NCBI GenBank assembly: GCA_963727625.1
Contig: CAVSHR010000005.1
Span: forward strand, 672,001-736,000
Length of the DNA stretch: 64,000 nt
Direction of reading: 5' to 3'
Origin: an uncultured delta proteobacterium
Lineage (GTDB): Bacteria; Desulfobacterota; Binatia; UBA9968
Shown here in pieces: positions 9,371-18,967 of the stretch (position 1 is the stretch's first letter; each line of letters begins with the position of its first letter). The notes beneath the pieces were generated by a model. The model was not told the DNA's origin, searched no databases, and saw nothing but the letters and a program-made list of their open reading frames with translations. Made by a program: the position numbers and the translations under genes.

Positions 9371-10570
9371 GTGTTGACCCAAGCCGCGCATATCTTTGAA
9401 GGGCTTTCCACTTTTGGCCAGATGGATTTTCAGACCATGGCGATTCGCATCGTTCTGATGCTCACCGGCTTTTTGCTGATCTACCTCAGTGCGAAAAACA
9501 TTCTCGATCCCATGGTGCTTATGCCCATGGGACTCGCGATGGTTTTGGTCAACGGCGCGACGCTCACCATCGAAGGTAAACTCGCCAATCTGTTCGTTGA
9601 CCCGATGCTGATGGAACCGGAAAAAGTCGTTCAGAACATGCAAATTCTCTTCCTTCAGCCGATTTACAGCCTGATGTTTTCCAATGGCCTGATCGCCTGC
9701 CTGGTATTCATGGGCATCGGCGCGATCACGCCGCTCGACTACTTGATCGCCGAGCCCTTAACCAGTCTCTTGATCGCCATCGGCGCCGAGCTGGGATCGA
9801 TTCTGACCTTTCCCCTCGCCGTGGGGCTTGGCTTCACCTACAAAGAAGCCGCCTCCATCGCCATCGTCGGCGGCGCCGACGGACCGATGGTATTGTTTAC
9901 TTCGCTCGAGCTCGCCAAAAATCTTTTCGTGCCGATCTCCGTGGTTGCTTATGTTTACCTGAGTATCACCTACGCCCTCTATCCATATCTCATCAAGCTG
10001 ATGGTGCCGAAAAAGCTCCAGGGCGTGGTCATGGATCTGCACGCGCTCCCGAAGGTATCGTCGCGCCAGAAGTTGATCTTTTCGGTACTGGCTGCCGCGG
10101 TGCTGTCGATTTTATTCCCAGTTGCAGCGCCCCTGTTTGCTTCCTTTTTTATCGGTGTCATGGTCCGCGAAGCCGACCTGCCGCGTTACCAGCGTTTTTT
10201 GGATGAAGTGCTGCTGACGGGGTCGACATTTTTTCTCGGATTCGTGCTCGGCGCACTGTTCAGCTTTTACGTCATCACCGATTCGAGCGTGCTGTTGATC
10301 ATGCTTCTCGGTTTGATCGCGATAATTTTGTCCGGCGTGGGCGGTATCGTGGCCGGGTTAATTGCCTACAAAGTTTCCGGTGGCAAGATCAATCCGCTGA
10401 TCGGCATCGCCGGAGTCTCGTGCGTGCCGACTACTGCCAAGGTCGCGCAGAAATGCGCCATGGCGGCAAACAAGCACGCGATCATCCTGCCCTTTGCCAT
10501 GGGACCCAACGTCGCGGGGGTCATCACCACAGCCATCATCGCCGGTATCTACGTTGGCTTGTTACGCTAG
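9371..10570 (+). CDS. oadB: Na+-translocating decarboxylase beta subunit (OadB/MmdB/GcdB family)
   Basis: AASIAIVGGADGP, FMGIGA, INPLIGIAGVSCVP and AMGPNVAGVI motifs. Confidence 0.9.
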   Translation: MLTQAAHIFEGLSTFGQMDFQTMAIRIVLMLTGFLLIYLSAKNILDPMVLMPMGLAMVLVNGATLTIEGKLANLFVDPMLMEPEKVVQNMQILFLQPIYSLMFSNGLIACLVFMGIGAITPLDYLIAEPLTSLLIAIGAELGSILTFPLAVGLGFTYKEAASIAIVGGADGPMVLFTSLELAKNLFVPISVVAYVYLSITYALYPYLIKLMVPKKLQGVVMDLHALPKVSSRQKLIFSVLAAAVLSILFPVAAPLFASFFIGVMVREADLPRYQRFLDEVLLTGSTFFLGFVLGALFSFYVITDSSVLLIMLLGLIAIILSGVGGIVAGLIAYKVSGGKINPLIGIAGVSCVPTTAKVAQKCAMAANKHAIILPFAMGPNVAGVITTAIIAGIYVGLLR

Positions 10571-10802
10571 GTTTTTTAAACCGCCCCCTATCACCTTTAT
10601 TACGCACTCGGACAGGCCTTTCGTCTTAGCGTAAAAAATTCAGAGTCCGTCTGGCTTCGTGTTTCCGCTGCTGTTAAACTTCGATTGAGCCGCAGGTTTG
10701 TTTCTCGTTGGATGAAGTCTAGGTAATTGAGAAGTCTCGCGCCAACCGGAACCTGACCCCGTCGCGGCGCAATTAGTAACGTGCCCAGCCGCTGGAGGAA
10801 AT

Positions 10803-11093
10803 ATGTCGATCGTCAGACTCATTTACGTCACCGTAAAGCCGGACCAGGTGCAAAAAGCCATCGAGCTTTGGAAAAACCACTGCGCCCCTCTCATGATCAA
10901 GCAGCCCGGCTGCCTATCGGAGAAACTTTTAGAATGCGTCGACGCACCCGGGGAATTTATTTCCTATTCCGAATGGGACAGCCAGGCAAATATCGATCGT
11001 TATCGCAAAAGCCCGGCGCACGCAGAAATTCAACAACACGGACGCGGCTTGCAGGGCGGACAGGCAACCGTGAAGCGGTATGAAATAAAATAG
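10803..11093 (+). CDS. Antibiotic biosynthesis monooxygenase (ABM) domain protein
   Basis: 96 aa with the KQPGCLS...FISYSEWDS...SPAH pattern and RBS GGAGG. Confidence 0.8.
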   Translation: MSIVRLIYVTVKPDQVQKAIELWKNHCAPLMIKQPGCLSEKLLECVDAPGEFISYSEWDSQANIDRYRKSPAHAEIQQHGRGLQGGQATVKRYEIK

Positions 11094-11331
11094 ACCGCGA
11101 CGCACGGCAGAAATGTTAAACCGCGTCGCGGTTCGGGAGCCGATCCCGTCCCGCATCGACACACGCCATAAACTTCGGCGAGAGCCGGCGCAATCGTGCG
11201 TCGGTCATGCGCCCGCTGCGCGTCATCTAATGGTATGCCACCTCCCAGGGCTGAAGCTCCATCTTTCCAGGCAAAGATACGCAACGCCCGATGGCTAGCG
11301 GATTACACCTCAAAGAAACGGCATTGTTCTC

Positions 11332-12318
11332 TCATACATGATCGACGTCCCCGCCGTCTTCAGGGTCGGTGTCCAGGAACAATTCTTCAATCGGCAAGGC
11401 TTTGCGGGTTAATCCCTGCCGGTGGCAGTAACCGATAATCGTTTGAAGATTTTTCCGATTGGCTTCGCCGAGGCCGTAGGCCCATGGATCGGGGCCCAGA
11501 AGCTTACGCTCTTCCTCGTATTCGGTTCTGACCCACGCCAGCGGTGTGATACGCGGATTGGCCAGCCGTTTGTAAGCGATGTTCTTCGCCTTCTCGAACG
11601 CCTTGACCAGGCTGACCGGCGCCCAGGGATATTTCTCGACGATCTCCTGCTTGATCACGGTGACATGCATGATCGGAAAGATACCTGTCTGCTGGAAATA
11701 CTCGCGCTCGACGGCTTTGTAATCTGGGAACAAGCGCGCCACCCGCTTATCGCCATCGACCAGCGGCTGTGGAATATACGGATTGATCATCGCCGGGATT
11801 TCGCCTTCGGCGAGCATGGCATCCATCGACTCGCCAGCGGCGATCATTTCAATTTTAAGCCCAGGCGGAGGGTCGAAGGGCACATCTTCGCTACGGTCGA
11901 CGACCCAGGTAATCGACTCATGCGGTACGCCGTAGTGCTGCTCGAAGATGCCGCGCAGCCAGATGTTGCCCGCCGGTTGGAAATTCGTGCCGCCGACCCG
12001 TTTGCCGATCAGGTCCTTGGGTGTTTTGACTCCCGAGTTAACATTGACGAAGGCAAAGCCGTGGCGAAATCGCCGGTGGAGAAATACCGGAATCGCCGCC
12101 AACGGTTCGCCGTGGTCGCGCGACATCAAATAGGCGCCGACGTTGAATTCGCAGACGTCGAACTCCTGATTGCGCGCCATGCGCCAGTGGCGCTCGCGCG
12201 GGCCATGACCGGTGAGAATTACGAGCTCGAGGCCATCGGCCTCGACCGCGCCTTCCTTCAGCGCGCGAATAATCTCATAGTCGCCGACCGCGACCGAAAG
12301 TCTAATCTTGGTTGCCAT
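11332..12318 (-). CDS. 4,5-dihydroxyphthalate decarboxylase-like / periplasmic-binding-fold protein
   Basis: LSVAVGDY, EFDVCEF, IPVFLHRRFRH, GIFPIMH and DPWAYGL motifs. Start at MATKIRL. Confidence 0.8.
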   Translation of the reverse strand: MATKIRLSVAVGDYEIIRALKEGAVEADGLELVILTGHGPRERHWRMARNQEFDVCEFNVGAYLMSRDHGEPLAAIPVFLHRRFRHGFAFVNVNSGVKTPKDLIGKRVGGTNFQPAGNIWLRGIFEQHYGVPHESITWVVDRSEDVPFDPPPGLKIEMIAAGESMDAMLAEGEIPAMINPYIPQPLVDGDKRVARLFPDYKAVEREYFQQTGIFPIMHVTVIKQEIVEKYPWAPVSLVKAFEKAKNIAYKRLANPRITPLAWVRTEYEEERKLLGPDPWAYGLGEANRKNLQTIIGYCHRQGLTRKALPIEELFLDTDPEDGGDVDHV

Positions 12319-12340
12319 CGGGCGCTCTCCTTCCATCGGC

Positions 12341-12418
12341 CGCAAAGAGCAAAACGCATAGCGCAAAGCGACCTGACTCCACTCCCCACCCTATGTCCCC
12401 CGCTCCTTGCCCTTTGCG
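12341..12418. repeat. Heptamer-unit inverted repeat at a gene-truncation junction
   Basis: CGCAAAG AGCAAAA CGCATAG CGCAAAG ... CTTTGCG; the interior contains GACCTGACTCC and ATGTCCCC. Confidence 0.55.
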
Positions 12419-12439
12419 AACCTTCTACTTCCCATACAG

Positions 12440-12998
12440 CTTCTGAATAGATCAGATTCACCATCGCCCGCGTGGTGTCGAAGACGTATTCGACGACAAA
12501 GGGCGGCGCGTGCAGGTGTGTCTGCTCCGGCGCTTCGCAATGGGTTGGATGAATGAAAACCACCGCGGCGCGCCGGTTGAGCTCGTCGAAAACCGGATCG
12601 AACAGCGGATCGCCGAGATATCGGTCCATCACGCTGGAGAAGAGTCCGACGCCGTCGAGCCGCAATACATCGAGCGCATAGGAAATCTCCTCCAACGCGC
12701 CGTCGACATCGGGCAGCGGCAGCAAAGCGAAGGCGCCGAAACGCGGCGCATGGTCGCGCGTCCTTTGCGCTTGAAACTCGTTGCAATTGCGCGCCACGGC
12801 GCCCAACCGCTTGAGGTTTTTCAAGACGACGCGCGGCGTGAGCGAGGTGATCGCGGTTTGGATATGCCAGCGGTCCATCGACTGCAGTTGCATTTCGGTG
12901 TCCGGCGGCTTGATCGGCATCGATTCATCGGCATAGCGCGGCGGCACCACGTGGTGGTGCACGTCGATGCGCCAATTGCCGGGTTTTATCTGACTCAT
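12440..12998 (-). pseudogene. C-terminally truncated amidohydrolase_2 (non-oxidative decarboxylase-like)
   Basis: IDVHHH and FIHPT are present. Similarity stops after FDTTRAMVNLIYS; the HxGG and GSDxP motifs are missing. Confidence 0.75.
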
Positions 12999-13336
12999 TG
13001 CCTCGGTTGCTCTAACGTCCGTCGGTAACACTCAATCGAGTCGGCTCTACCGGTGCAGCCAAACCTAGTTGATCGACAGCGGACCTGTCAACATAAACCG
13101 ACATGCCCTCCAATCATTGATGCGTGTCAAGCTAACCTAACGGTGTAAAGCGCCGGCACAAAGAGGGCACCGAATGCGACAGGGCCGGCGCCAAATGCAG
13201 GCCGATGAGCCGGTTCGCGGCGGGGGCGAGGTCGGTGGATAATACCGGCAAGACGAACAATAAAGTTGGCGCTGTCCATCGCCGGATCACAATGCCGGAA
13301 TCGGTACCCAGACTTTACTCCTCCCCTACTGTGAAA

Positions 13337-14986
13337 TCAGCTTTTGCCTTCGGCCTTCAGCTGCCGGGTGATTCTCTCGGTCAAGTCTTTTTTCGACACC
13401 TTGCCGAACGGCGACAACGGAAACTCGTCGACGATTTCCATGCGCTCCGGCAGTTTATGTTTCGCGATCTCTTCGTTCATCAGGAACGCGATCAGATCCG
13501 GCAAATTTAGCGACCGGCCGCCGCGCAAGATAACATAGGCGCACATACGCTCGCCGAGGATCGGATCGGGCATCGGCACGCAGGCGACATTGTGCACCGC
13601 CGGGTGGGTCAGAATTAAGTTTTCGATCTCCTCGGCGCTGATTTTTTCTCCGCCGCGGTTGATCAAGTCTTTTTTACGCCCCTCCACCATGTAATTTCCC
13701 GAAGGGTGGCACCGCATCAAGTCGCCGGAGCGATAGAAACCGTCCGAGGTAAAGGCGCGCGCGTTGTATTCCGGCACTCCGTAGTAGCCGCGCAGGGTGT
13801 ACGGGCCGCGCGCGAGAAACTCCCCCACTTCGCCCGGTGCGACCTCGTTATCGTCGTCATCCACCAGTCGCACTTCATCGTCCTGACTGAGCGGCCGGCC
13901 GACAGTTTCCATCCGCACGTCTTCGGGGTCGTCGAAGCGGACGAACATGAGCATGCCCTCGGCCATGCCGAAGTTCTCCTGTACGGTGACGCTCGGAATT
14001 AATTCTTTGGTGCGGCGCCGCACCTCGGGCTGAAGCCGTTGGCCGCCGCTCTGGATCACCCGCAGTGAGGACAGATCGAATTTTCCGATGGACGGATCGT
14101 TGATCAGGCGAATCAGCAGCGCCGGCACCACCGCGATATGGGTAACTCGGTGCCGACCGATCAGCGCGAAGATATCCTCGCTGCGCGTCGAATTCGACAG
14201 CACCATCTTGGCGCCATGAAGGAGATAACCCTGCAAACCCGGACACGCGAGCGGCAGGTTGTGCGCTATCGGTAGGACGTCGAGAAAAACCTCTTCCGGA
14301 CCCACGCCGGTCACCGCTGAGGCGATTTTCGAATTGTAAAGATAGTCATTATGTGTGCGCGGGATCAGCTTGGGAATGCCGGTGGTGCCGCCGGACAATT
14401 GAAAAACCGCCGGATCTTCGGGATCGATAACGATTTGATTCAAGTCGCTCGTCGGACGCCGACTCGGTCGCTCGATCAACTCGCTGAGCGAAAAAACATT
14501 TTCCGGGGTTTCGCCCAGGATGATCCCGAAACGCACCGATTTGTTTCTTTGGCGAATTCTTCGGACGAGATCGCGATAGTCGACATCTTTTGCTTTGTCC
14601 GGTGTAGCACACGCCACCGCCCCGGACAGCTCGGCAAACTGGCTCATTTCCCGGTACCGATGGCTGGGCAGCGCCATAATCGGAATGCAGCCGATTTTTT
14701 GCAGCGCGAAATACAGATAGACGAATTCGACGGCGCTGGGCAACTGGACAACCACGCGGTCGAGCGGTTTGAATCCTTCGTCGAGTAGATTCAGCGCCAG
14801 TCGGGTGGCGCGTTCGTTGAGTTCAGCGTAAGAGACCAGCCGTTGACCGTCGATCACGGCGATCCGACCGGCGTAACGAATGAACGCTTCATCGAAGACA
14901 TCGCGCAGCGAACGATCTTCCCAGTAGCCCTTGGCTCGGTAGCGCGCCGCGAACTCAGGAGGAAAGCGCACCACGCCGTCTAGCAT
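13337..14986 (-). CDS. Aryl-acid adenylating enzyme (DhbE/EntE/salicylate-AMP ligase-like)
   Basis: QLSGGTTGIPKLIPRTHNDY, HNLPLACPG, FGMAEG, RGPYTLRGYY and INRGGEKISAEE. Confidence 0.92.
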   Translation of the reverse strand: MLDGVVRFPPEFAARYRAKGYWEDRSLRDVFDEAFIRYAGRIAVIDGQRLVSYAELNERATRLALNLLDEGFKPLDRVVVQLPSAVEFVYLYFALQKIGCIPIMALPSHRYREMSQFAELSGAVACATPDKAKDVDYRDLVRRIRQRNKSVRFGIILGETPENVFSLSELIERPSRRPTSDLNQIVIDPEDPAVFQLSGGTTGIPKLIPRTHNDYLYNSKIASAVTGVGPEEVFLDVLPIAHNLPLACPGLQGYLLHGAKMVLSNSTRSEDIFALIGRHRVTHIAVVPALLIRLINDPSIGKFDLSSLRVIQSGGQRLQPEVRRRTKELIPSVTVQENFGMAEGMLMFVRFDDPEDVRMETVGRPLSQDDEVRLVDDDDNEVAPGEVGEFLARGPYTLRGYYGVPEYNARAFTSDGFYRSGDLMRCHPSGNYMVEGRKKDLINRGGEKISAEEIENLILTHPAVHNVACVPMPDPILGERMCAYVILRGGRSLNLPDLIAFLMNEEIAKHKLPERMEIVDEFPLSPFGKVSKKDLTERITRQLKAEGKS

Positions 14987-15010
14987 CTAGGGCCTCGCTT
15001 CGCGCGGCTT

Positions 15011-15137
15011 GTTCAACCCGTCCAAACCGTTTAACCGCTTCGCTCCGTTCAAGTCCCCACCTCTTTCCTCCCCCGCGGACGCGGGGGAGGATGAAGGAGG
15101 GGGTTTGAACAGCTTGAACGTTTTGAACCTTTTGAAC
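15011..15137. repeat. Composite palindrome: 9-mer GTTCAA/TTGAAC arrays around a GC hairpin
   Basis: Inner CCTCCCCCGC-GGAC-GCGGGGGAGG stem flanked by inverted 9-bp-period arrays. Confidence 0.8.
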
Positions 15138-15149
15138 GTGCTCATGCCA

Positions 15150-15915
15150 TTATGTCGTGCTCGAAAATCCGCCGTCAACGATGATGATCTCGCCGGTGAC
15201 GAAGCGGTTGTGCAAGATCAGGCTCAGCATGCTGTCGGCGACGTCGTCTTCCGTACAACAGCGCTTGAGCGGCGTATATTTCGCTCGCCGGGCCATCAGA
15301 CCGTCGTAATTCTCCGCCAGCGTCCGTTTCATCCACCCGCCTTCGATCCATCCCGGCGCCACCGCGTTAACGCGGATCTGCGGGCCGAGCGCGTTGGCCA
15401 GCGTTTTGGTTAGATTGGCGACCGCCGCTTTGCTCGCGGCGTAGGGCAGAGGCTGCGCGCTCGGCCGCAAGCCGGCGATGCTGCAAGTGTTGACGATGCA
15501 GCCGTTGGGCGACTTTTTCAGCAACGGCGCCGCGGCGCGAGTCACGAGAAACAGACCGAGGACGTTGACCGAAAAGACCCGATTCCAGGCCTCGACGGTC
15601 ATTTCCCCGAAGTTTTTGGGCTCGATAGCGACGGTGGTGCCAGCATTGTTGATCAGCACGTCGAGCCGGCCGAACTCTTTTTCCGTCGCCGCGAGCATCG
15701 CGCGCACACCGGCCTCGTCACTCACGTCACAACGGTAAAGCAGCGTTTTGGCGCCCACTGCCTCGGCTTCGCGCGCGGTGAATCTCGCCGCCTGCTTCGC
15801 TGCGACTGTAGTTGACGACTACATCGTAGCCGTTTTTCGCCAGCGCGGTGGCCGCGCTGCGGCCGATGCCTGTGGCGGCGCCGGTGACGAGAGCTGCCGG
15901 TCTTTCAGGATTCAT
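15150..15915 (-). pseudogene. SDR oxidoreductase with one frameshift (~15795), possibly a sequencing error
   Basis: TGAATGIG lies in ORF 15727-15936; NNAG and YAASK lie in ORF 15150-15758. Confidence 0.85.
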
Positions 15916-15945
15916 TGTTGCACCTTTAGATCGCAATGTTGGCGC

Positions 15946-16938
15946 TTACGGCAGGTTGAGGAGCCGCGCCGCGTTGCCGCGCTCGATCTTGGTTCGGTCG
16001 CTCGCCGAGAGGCCGACCTTGTCGAGTTGGGGAATGGTGTAACCGAGGCCGATCTCCGGCGGCGAGATCGGATAATCGCCGCCGAGCACGATGCGATCGG
16101 CGCTCATGCAGTCGAGCGCGCAGCGGATCGCCGAAGCGTCCGCGGTGTGCGTGTCGACATAGAAAGCTTGGCAGTATTCCAGTACGCGCCTCTTCAAGTA
16201 ATCCGGCATGGGTTTGTTTTCCTGCTCGTAGACGCGCCGCTCGAAGAAAAATTGCTGGTCAAAACGGCCCATGGTGAACGGCAGGAATCCGCCCAGCTGG
16301 CAAAAGACGAACTTGACGCCCCACCAGCGGTCGAAAACATTCGCCGTGATCATTTTAATTAGGCAGAGCATGTCGTCGAGCAAGAAGCCCACGCCGCTGT
16401 TGAGATAACGATTTTTGAGACCGAGGGCTTGCTGCCATACTTGCGGCACCTGACCCGGATGCACCCACAACGGCATGTTCCAGCGCTTGGCGCGCTCGAA
16501 AATCGGCTCGTACACGGGATCGTCGAGCGCGCGGCCGTCGAGGTTGGTCGAGAGCGAGATGCCGAACAGGCCGAGTTTCTCCACCGCGCGGTCTAGCTCC
16601 CGCAACCCGGCCTCGCCGCCGAACGGGTCCACCGCCGCCGCCGGCACGAAACGGCCGGGAGCGATGCGCGCCGCCTCGACGATGTAGTCGTTGACCATTT
16701 TCACGACTTGGTCGAGAGGCAGCTTGCGCGCCCGCGCCGCCGGCACCAGCAGATTGCCGTAGTTGATCACTTCTTTTTCAACGCCGAAGCGATCCATCAA
16801 AGCTAGATGTTTCTCTAGCGAGGCAAAGCCTTCGTCCGCGTAGAGCGTTCGGCCGAGATAGCTGCCGGCGGCGAATTCCCGCAGCGCTTCCAGGATCGTC
16901 GGCGGCACACAATGGGCGTGGCAATCGATCAAGTTCAT
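15946..16938 (-). CDS. Amidohydrolase_2 family (ACMSD/decarboxylase-like)
   Basis: IDCHAH, WVHP and LGGDYP motifs. Confidence 0.85.
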   Translation of the reverse strand: MNLIDCHAHCVPPTILEALREFAAGSYLGRTLYADEGFASLEKHLALMDRFGVEKEVINYGNLLVPAARARKLPLDQVVKMVNDYIVEAARIAPGRFVPAAAVDPFGGEAGLRELDRAVEKLGLFGISLSTNLDGRALDDPVYEPIFERAKRWNMPLWVHPGQVPQVWQQALGLKNRYLNSGVGFLLDDMLCLIKMITANVFDRWWGVKFVFCQLGGFLPFTMGRFDQQFFFERRVYEQENKPMPDYLKRRVLEYCQAFYVDTHTADASAIRCALDCMSADRIVLGGDYPISPPEIGLGYTIPQLDKVGLSASDRTKIERGNAARLLNLP

Positions 16939-17060
16939 TATCGCTCCTCAATAACTCAGATTGCGCAGCGAGAAAAGCTAACACCGCGCCGTCGGATCTG
17001 TCAATCAATCCCGCGGTAATCGCTTCAATCGAACAGTAGCCTGACCCTTTTCTTGCTTTT

Positions 17061-17146
17061 GGTCCGACGTAGCAGGAATTTCTCGCAATTGGCCAATGTG
17101 AGACAAAAACCATGACCAAAATCTTGGCTAGCAGTGAGAAAACAGC
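17061..17146 (+). repeat. 86-bp direct repeat, copy 1
   Basis: GGTCCGACGTAGCAGG...GAGAAAACAGC, with 3 mismatches to 17941-18026. Confidence 0.95.
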
Positions 17147-17183
17147 AAGATTAAAGACCTCACCCTCAGATTTCTTTTTGTGG

Positions 17184-17513
17184 TCAGAGAATTTTTTCAA
17201 GGTCGGCTTGCAATATCGGCAGGTCTTTGGTGACCGTGCTCCAAACAACATCCGAATCAACGTCGAAATACGCGTGGATCAAACGATTACGCATTCCACT
17301 GATATCTTGCCAGGGAATGGCGCCGTATTGGGTTCGGATTTCGGCCGATACCTTGCCGGCCGCTTCACCGATTATCTCCAGCTCTTTGACCAGGGATAAA
17401 ACCAGCTTGCGATCCGTGTCCAGGTCCGAACGCTGCTTGCCTTGAACGAACTCCAATGCCTCATTAGTCGCGTCCAACATATGTTGGAGCCGTATGCGGT
17501 CATGCCTCTGCAT
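17184..17513 (-). CDS. HepT-like HEPN (DUF86) ribonuclease toxin
   Basis: LEIIGEAA and the RX4HXY motif [10 protein letters not shown]. Confidence 0.92.
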   Translation of the reverse strand: MQRHDRIRLQHMLDATNEALEFVQGKQRSDLDTDRKLVLSLVKELEIIGEAAGKVSAEIRTQYGAIPWQDISGMRNRLIHAYFDVDSDVVWSTVTKDLPILQADLEKIL

Positions 17514-17811
17514 ACTGGACGGTTGCCGTGGACAAGACTTCCTCTCGGAAATAGCGGCTTAGCTCCTTGGGAGTGCGCAAGTCGACCTTGCGACCTCCCA
17601 GAATGACTGACAGCTCCCGTTCCATACGCGCCAAATCGAGCAAACTCGGCGCAGCGCCAGCCCGGAACTCGACCAGGAGATCGATATCGCTATCTGGCCG
17701 AAAGTCATCTCTCAATGCCGAGCCGAACAACGAAAGCTTTCGAATCCCGTTGCGCTTGCAGAACTCGGCGACCTTATCGGCCGGAAAATCGATGTTCTTC
17801 GTCTTGCTCAT
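17500..17811 (-). CDS. MntA-like minimal nucleotidyltransferase antitoxin
   Basis: [20 protein letters not shown] (GSX10DXD). Overlaps the HEPN gene. Confidence 0.92.
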   Translation of the reverse strand: MSKTKNIDFPADKVAEFCKRNGIRKLSLFGSALRDDFRPDSDIDLLVEFRAGAAPSLLDLARMERELSVILGGRKVDLRTPKELSRYFREEVLSTATVQYAEA

Positions 17812-17940
17812 TTTCGAACCTTCAAACTGTCGCTGACTATTGCGGCTTGCTCCTGATGATCCTTATACCATCATTTTGCCCGCCTGCCGAGGGTGACAAA
17901 AGCGACGGCTTTAATCGAAAAGTAGCCCCTTATCTTGCTT

Positions 17941-18026
17941 GGTCCGACGTAGCAGGAATTTCTCGCAATTGGCCAATGTGAGACGAAAACCATGACCCAA
18001 ATCATGGCTAGCAGTGAGAAAACAGC
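17941..18026 (+). repeat. 86-bp direct repeat, copy 2
   Basis: Copy of 17061-17146, 880 bp downstream. Confidence 0.95.
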
Positions 18027-18102
18027 CTGGTGCTCGATCATTTCTTCAACCCCAACCCGGGCCTGTACGGCGTGCCGCCGAAGAAATAAGCCGAATAGAA
18101 GC

Positions 18103-18654
18103 TTACGCTAATTTTCTTTTGGGTATTTTCCAGCGGTCCAGTAATTCACTGACACGCGCGACGCTTCCGCCCGGTTCGGCATGAACGATAAGCGCTTCGT
18201 CGGACAAAGCCGCCACCAGTTCGTTCCGCTGGTGTGATGACTCCGTCGTCGGACGCCGCGGGTGCTTTGCGAACGACGAGAGCAGAACCATTCGCTTAGT
18301 TTCCAGGGCCGCACTCCAGTCAGCGGGTAGCCGAATTTTCTCTGGGCTTCGCGCCAAACAAACGACGATCGGCTGCTTTCCTCGCAGCAGAATTCGCAGG
18401 CATTCCTTCTCGACAGGCGAGTGAAACCCACCGACGACGGTCATGCCCTGATCACGGAGACTTCGGGCGGCGTCATAAGCGCCAAGGATCGCGTCACCAG
18501 GGCAGCGAACGGAGCAAAACAGTCCTATTTTATGTTGGGAAAGTAGTTCAAGCGGACCGAAAACGTACAGCGTGCTCGGCGCGTGTATTGCCAACCGCTC
18601 TTGCAAAGGAGCGGGATAAGCAGCATCCGTCGACTTGAGAATGGTAGGATTCAT
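18103..18654 (-). CDS. Short DprA/Smf-like (SLOG-fold) protein
   Basis: YPAPL...LYVFG, GLFCSVRCPG, VVGGFHSPVEKECL and RNELVAALSD. Confidence 0.7.
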   Translation of the reverse strand: MNPTILKSTDAAYPAPLQERLAIHAPSTLYVFGPLELLSQHKIGLFCSVRCPGDAILGAYDAARSLRDQGMTVVGGFHSPVEKECLRILLRGKQPIVVCLARSPEKIRLPADWSAALETKRMVLLSSFAKHPRRPTTESSHQRNELVAALSDEALIVHAEPGGSVARVSELLDRWKIPKRKLA

Positions 18655-18686
18655 GCACGAGCATTTTAAGCGAGAATGGAAGCTGC

Positions 18687-18956
18687 CTAATGTGGGCCGA
18701 TTAAGTCCACCCTCGACTGCGGCTTTTCTGCCAAACGCAGGTCCGCAGTGACCGGCAGTTCAAACAAATCGCTGCGCAGAAACCGGGTCGAGAAGAACAA
18801 TACCTCGAGATTTTCGATCTCCCCGGTCTTTGGGTTGAGCCTAGCGATGACCTCGTCTCCCAGTTCTTCGGATTCCTGTTCGGGATAGGGGGGCGTTTTG
18901 TTTATGTAGAGAATGTCTCCTTGGCGGTCGTAATTAAATGTTAGCTTCGCTTCCAT
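18687..18956 (-). CDS. DUF2283-like small protein
   Basis: YDRQGDILYI...EVIARLNPKTGEIENLEVLFFS. Confidence 0.75.
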   Translation of the reverse strand: MEAKLTFNYDRQGDILYINKTPPYPEQESEELGDEVIARLNPKTGEIENLEVLFFSTRFLRSDLFELPVTADLRLAEKPQSRVDLIGPH

Positions 18957-18967
18957 AGGGAAACTAA

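Noticed and set aside
15780-15810. SDR split into two ORFs as a two-gene system
   Set aside because: The two parts join into one ordinary SDR with a single-base correction.
17061-18026. 86-bp repeats as a CRISPR array or integron attC sites
   Set aside because: There are only two copies, 880 bp apart, with no cas or integron-integrase gene and no clear RYYYAAC...GTTRRRY ends.
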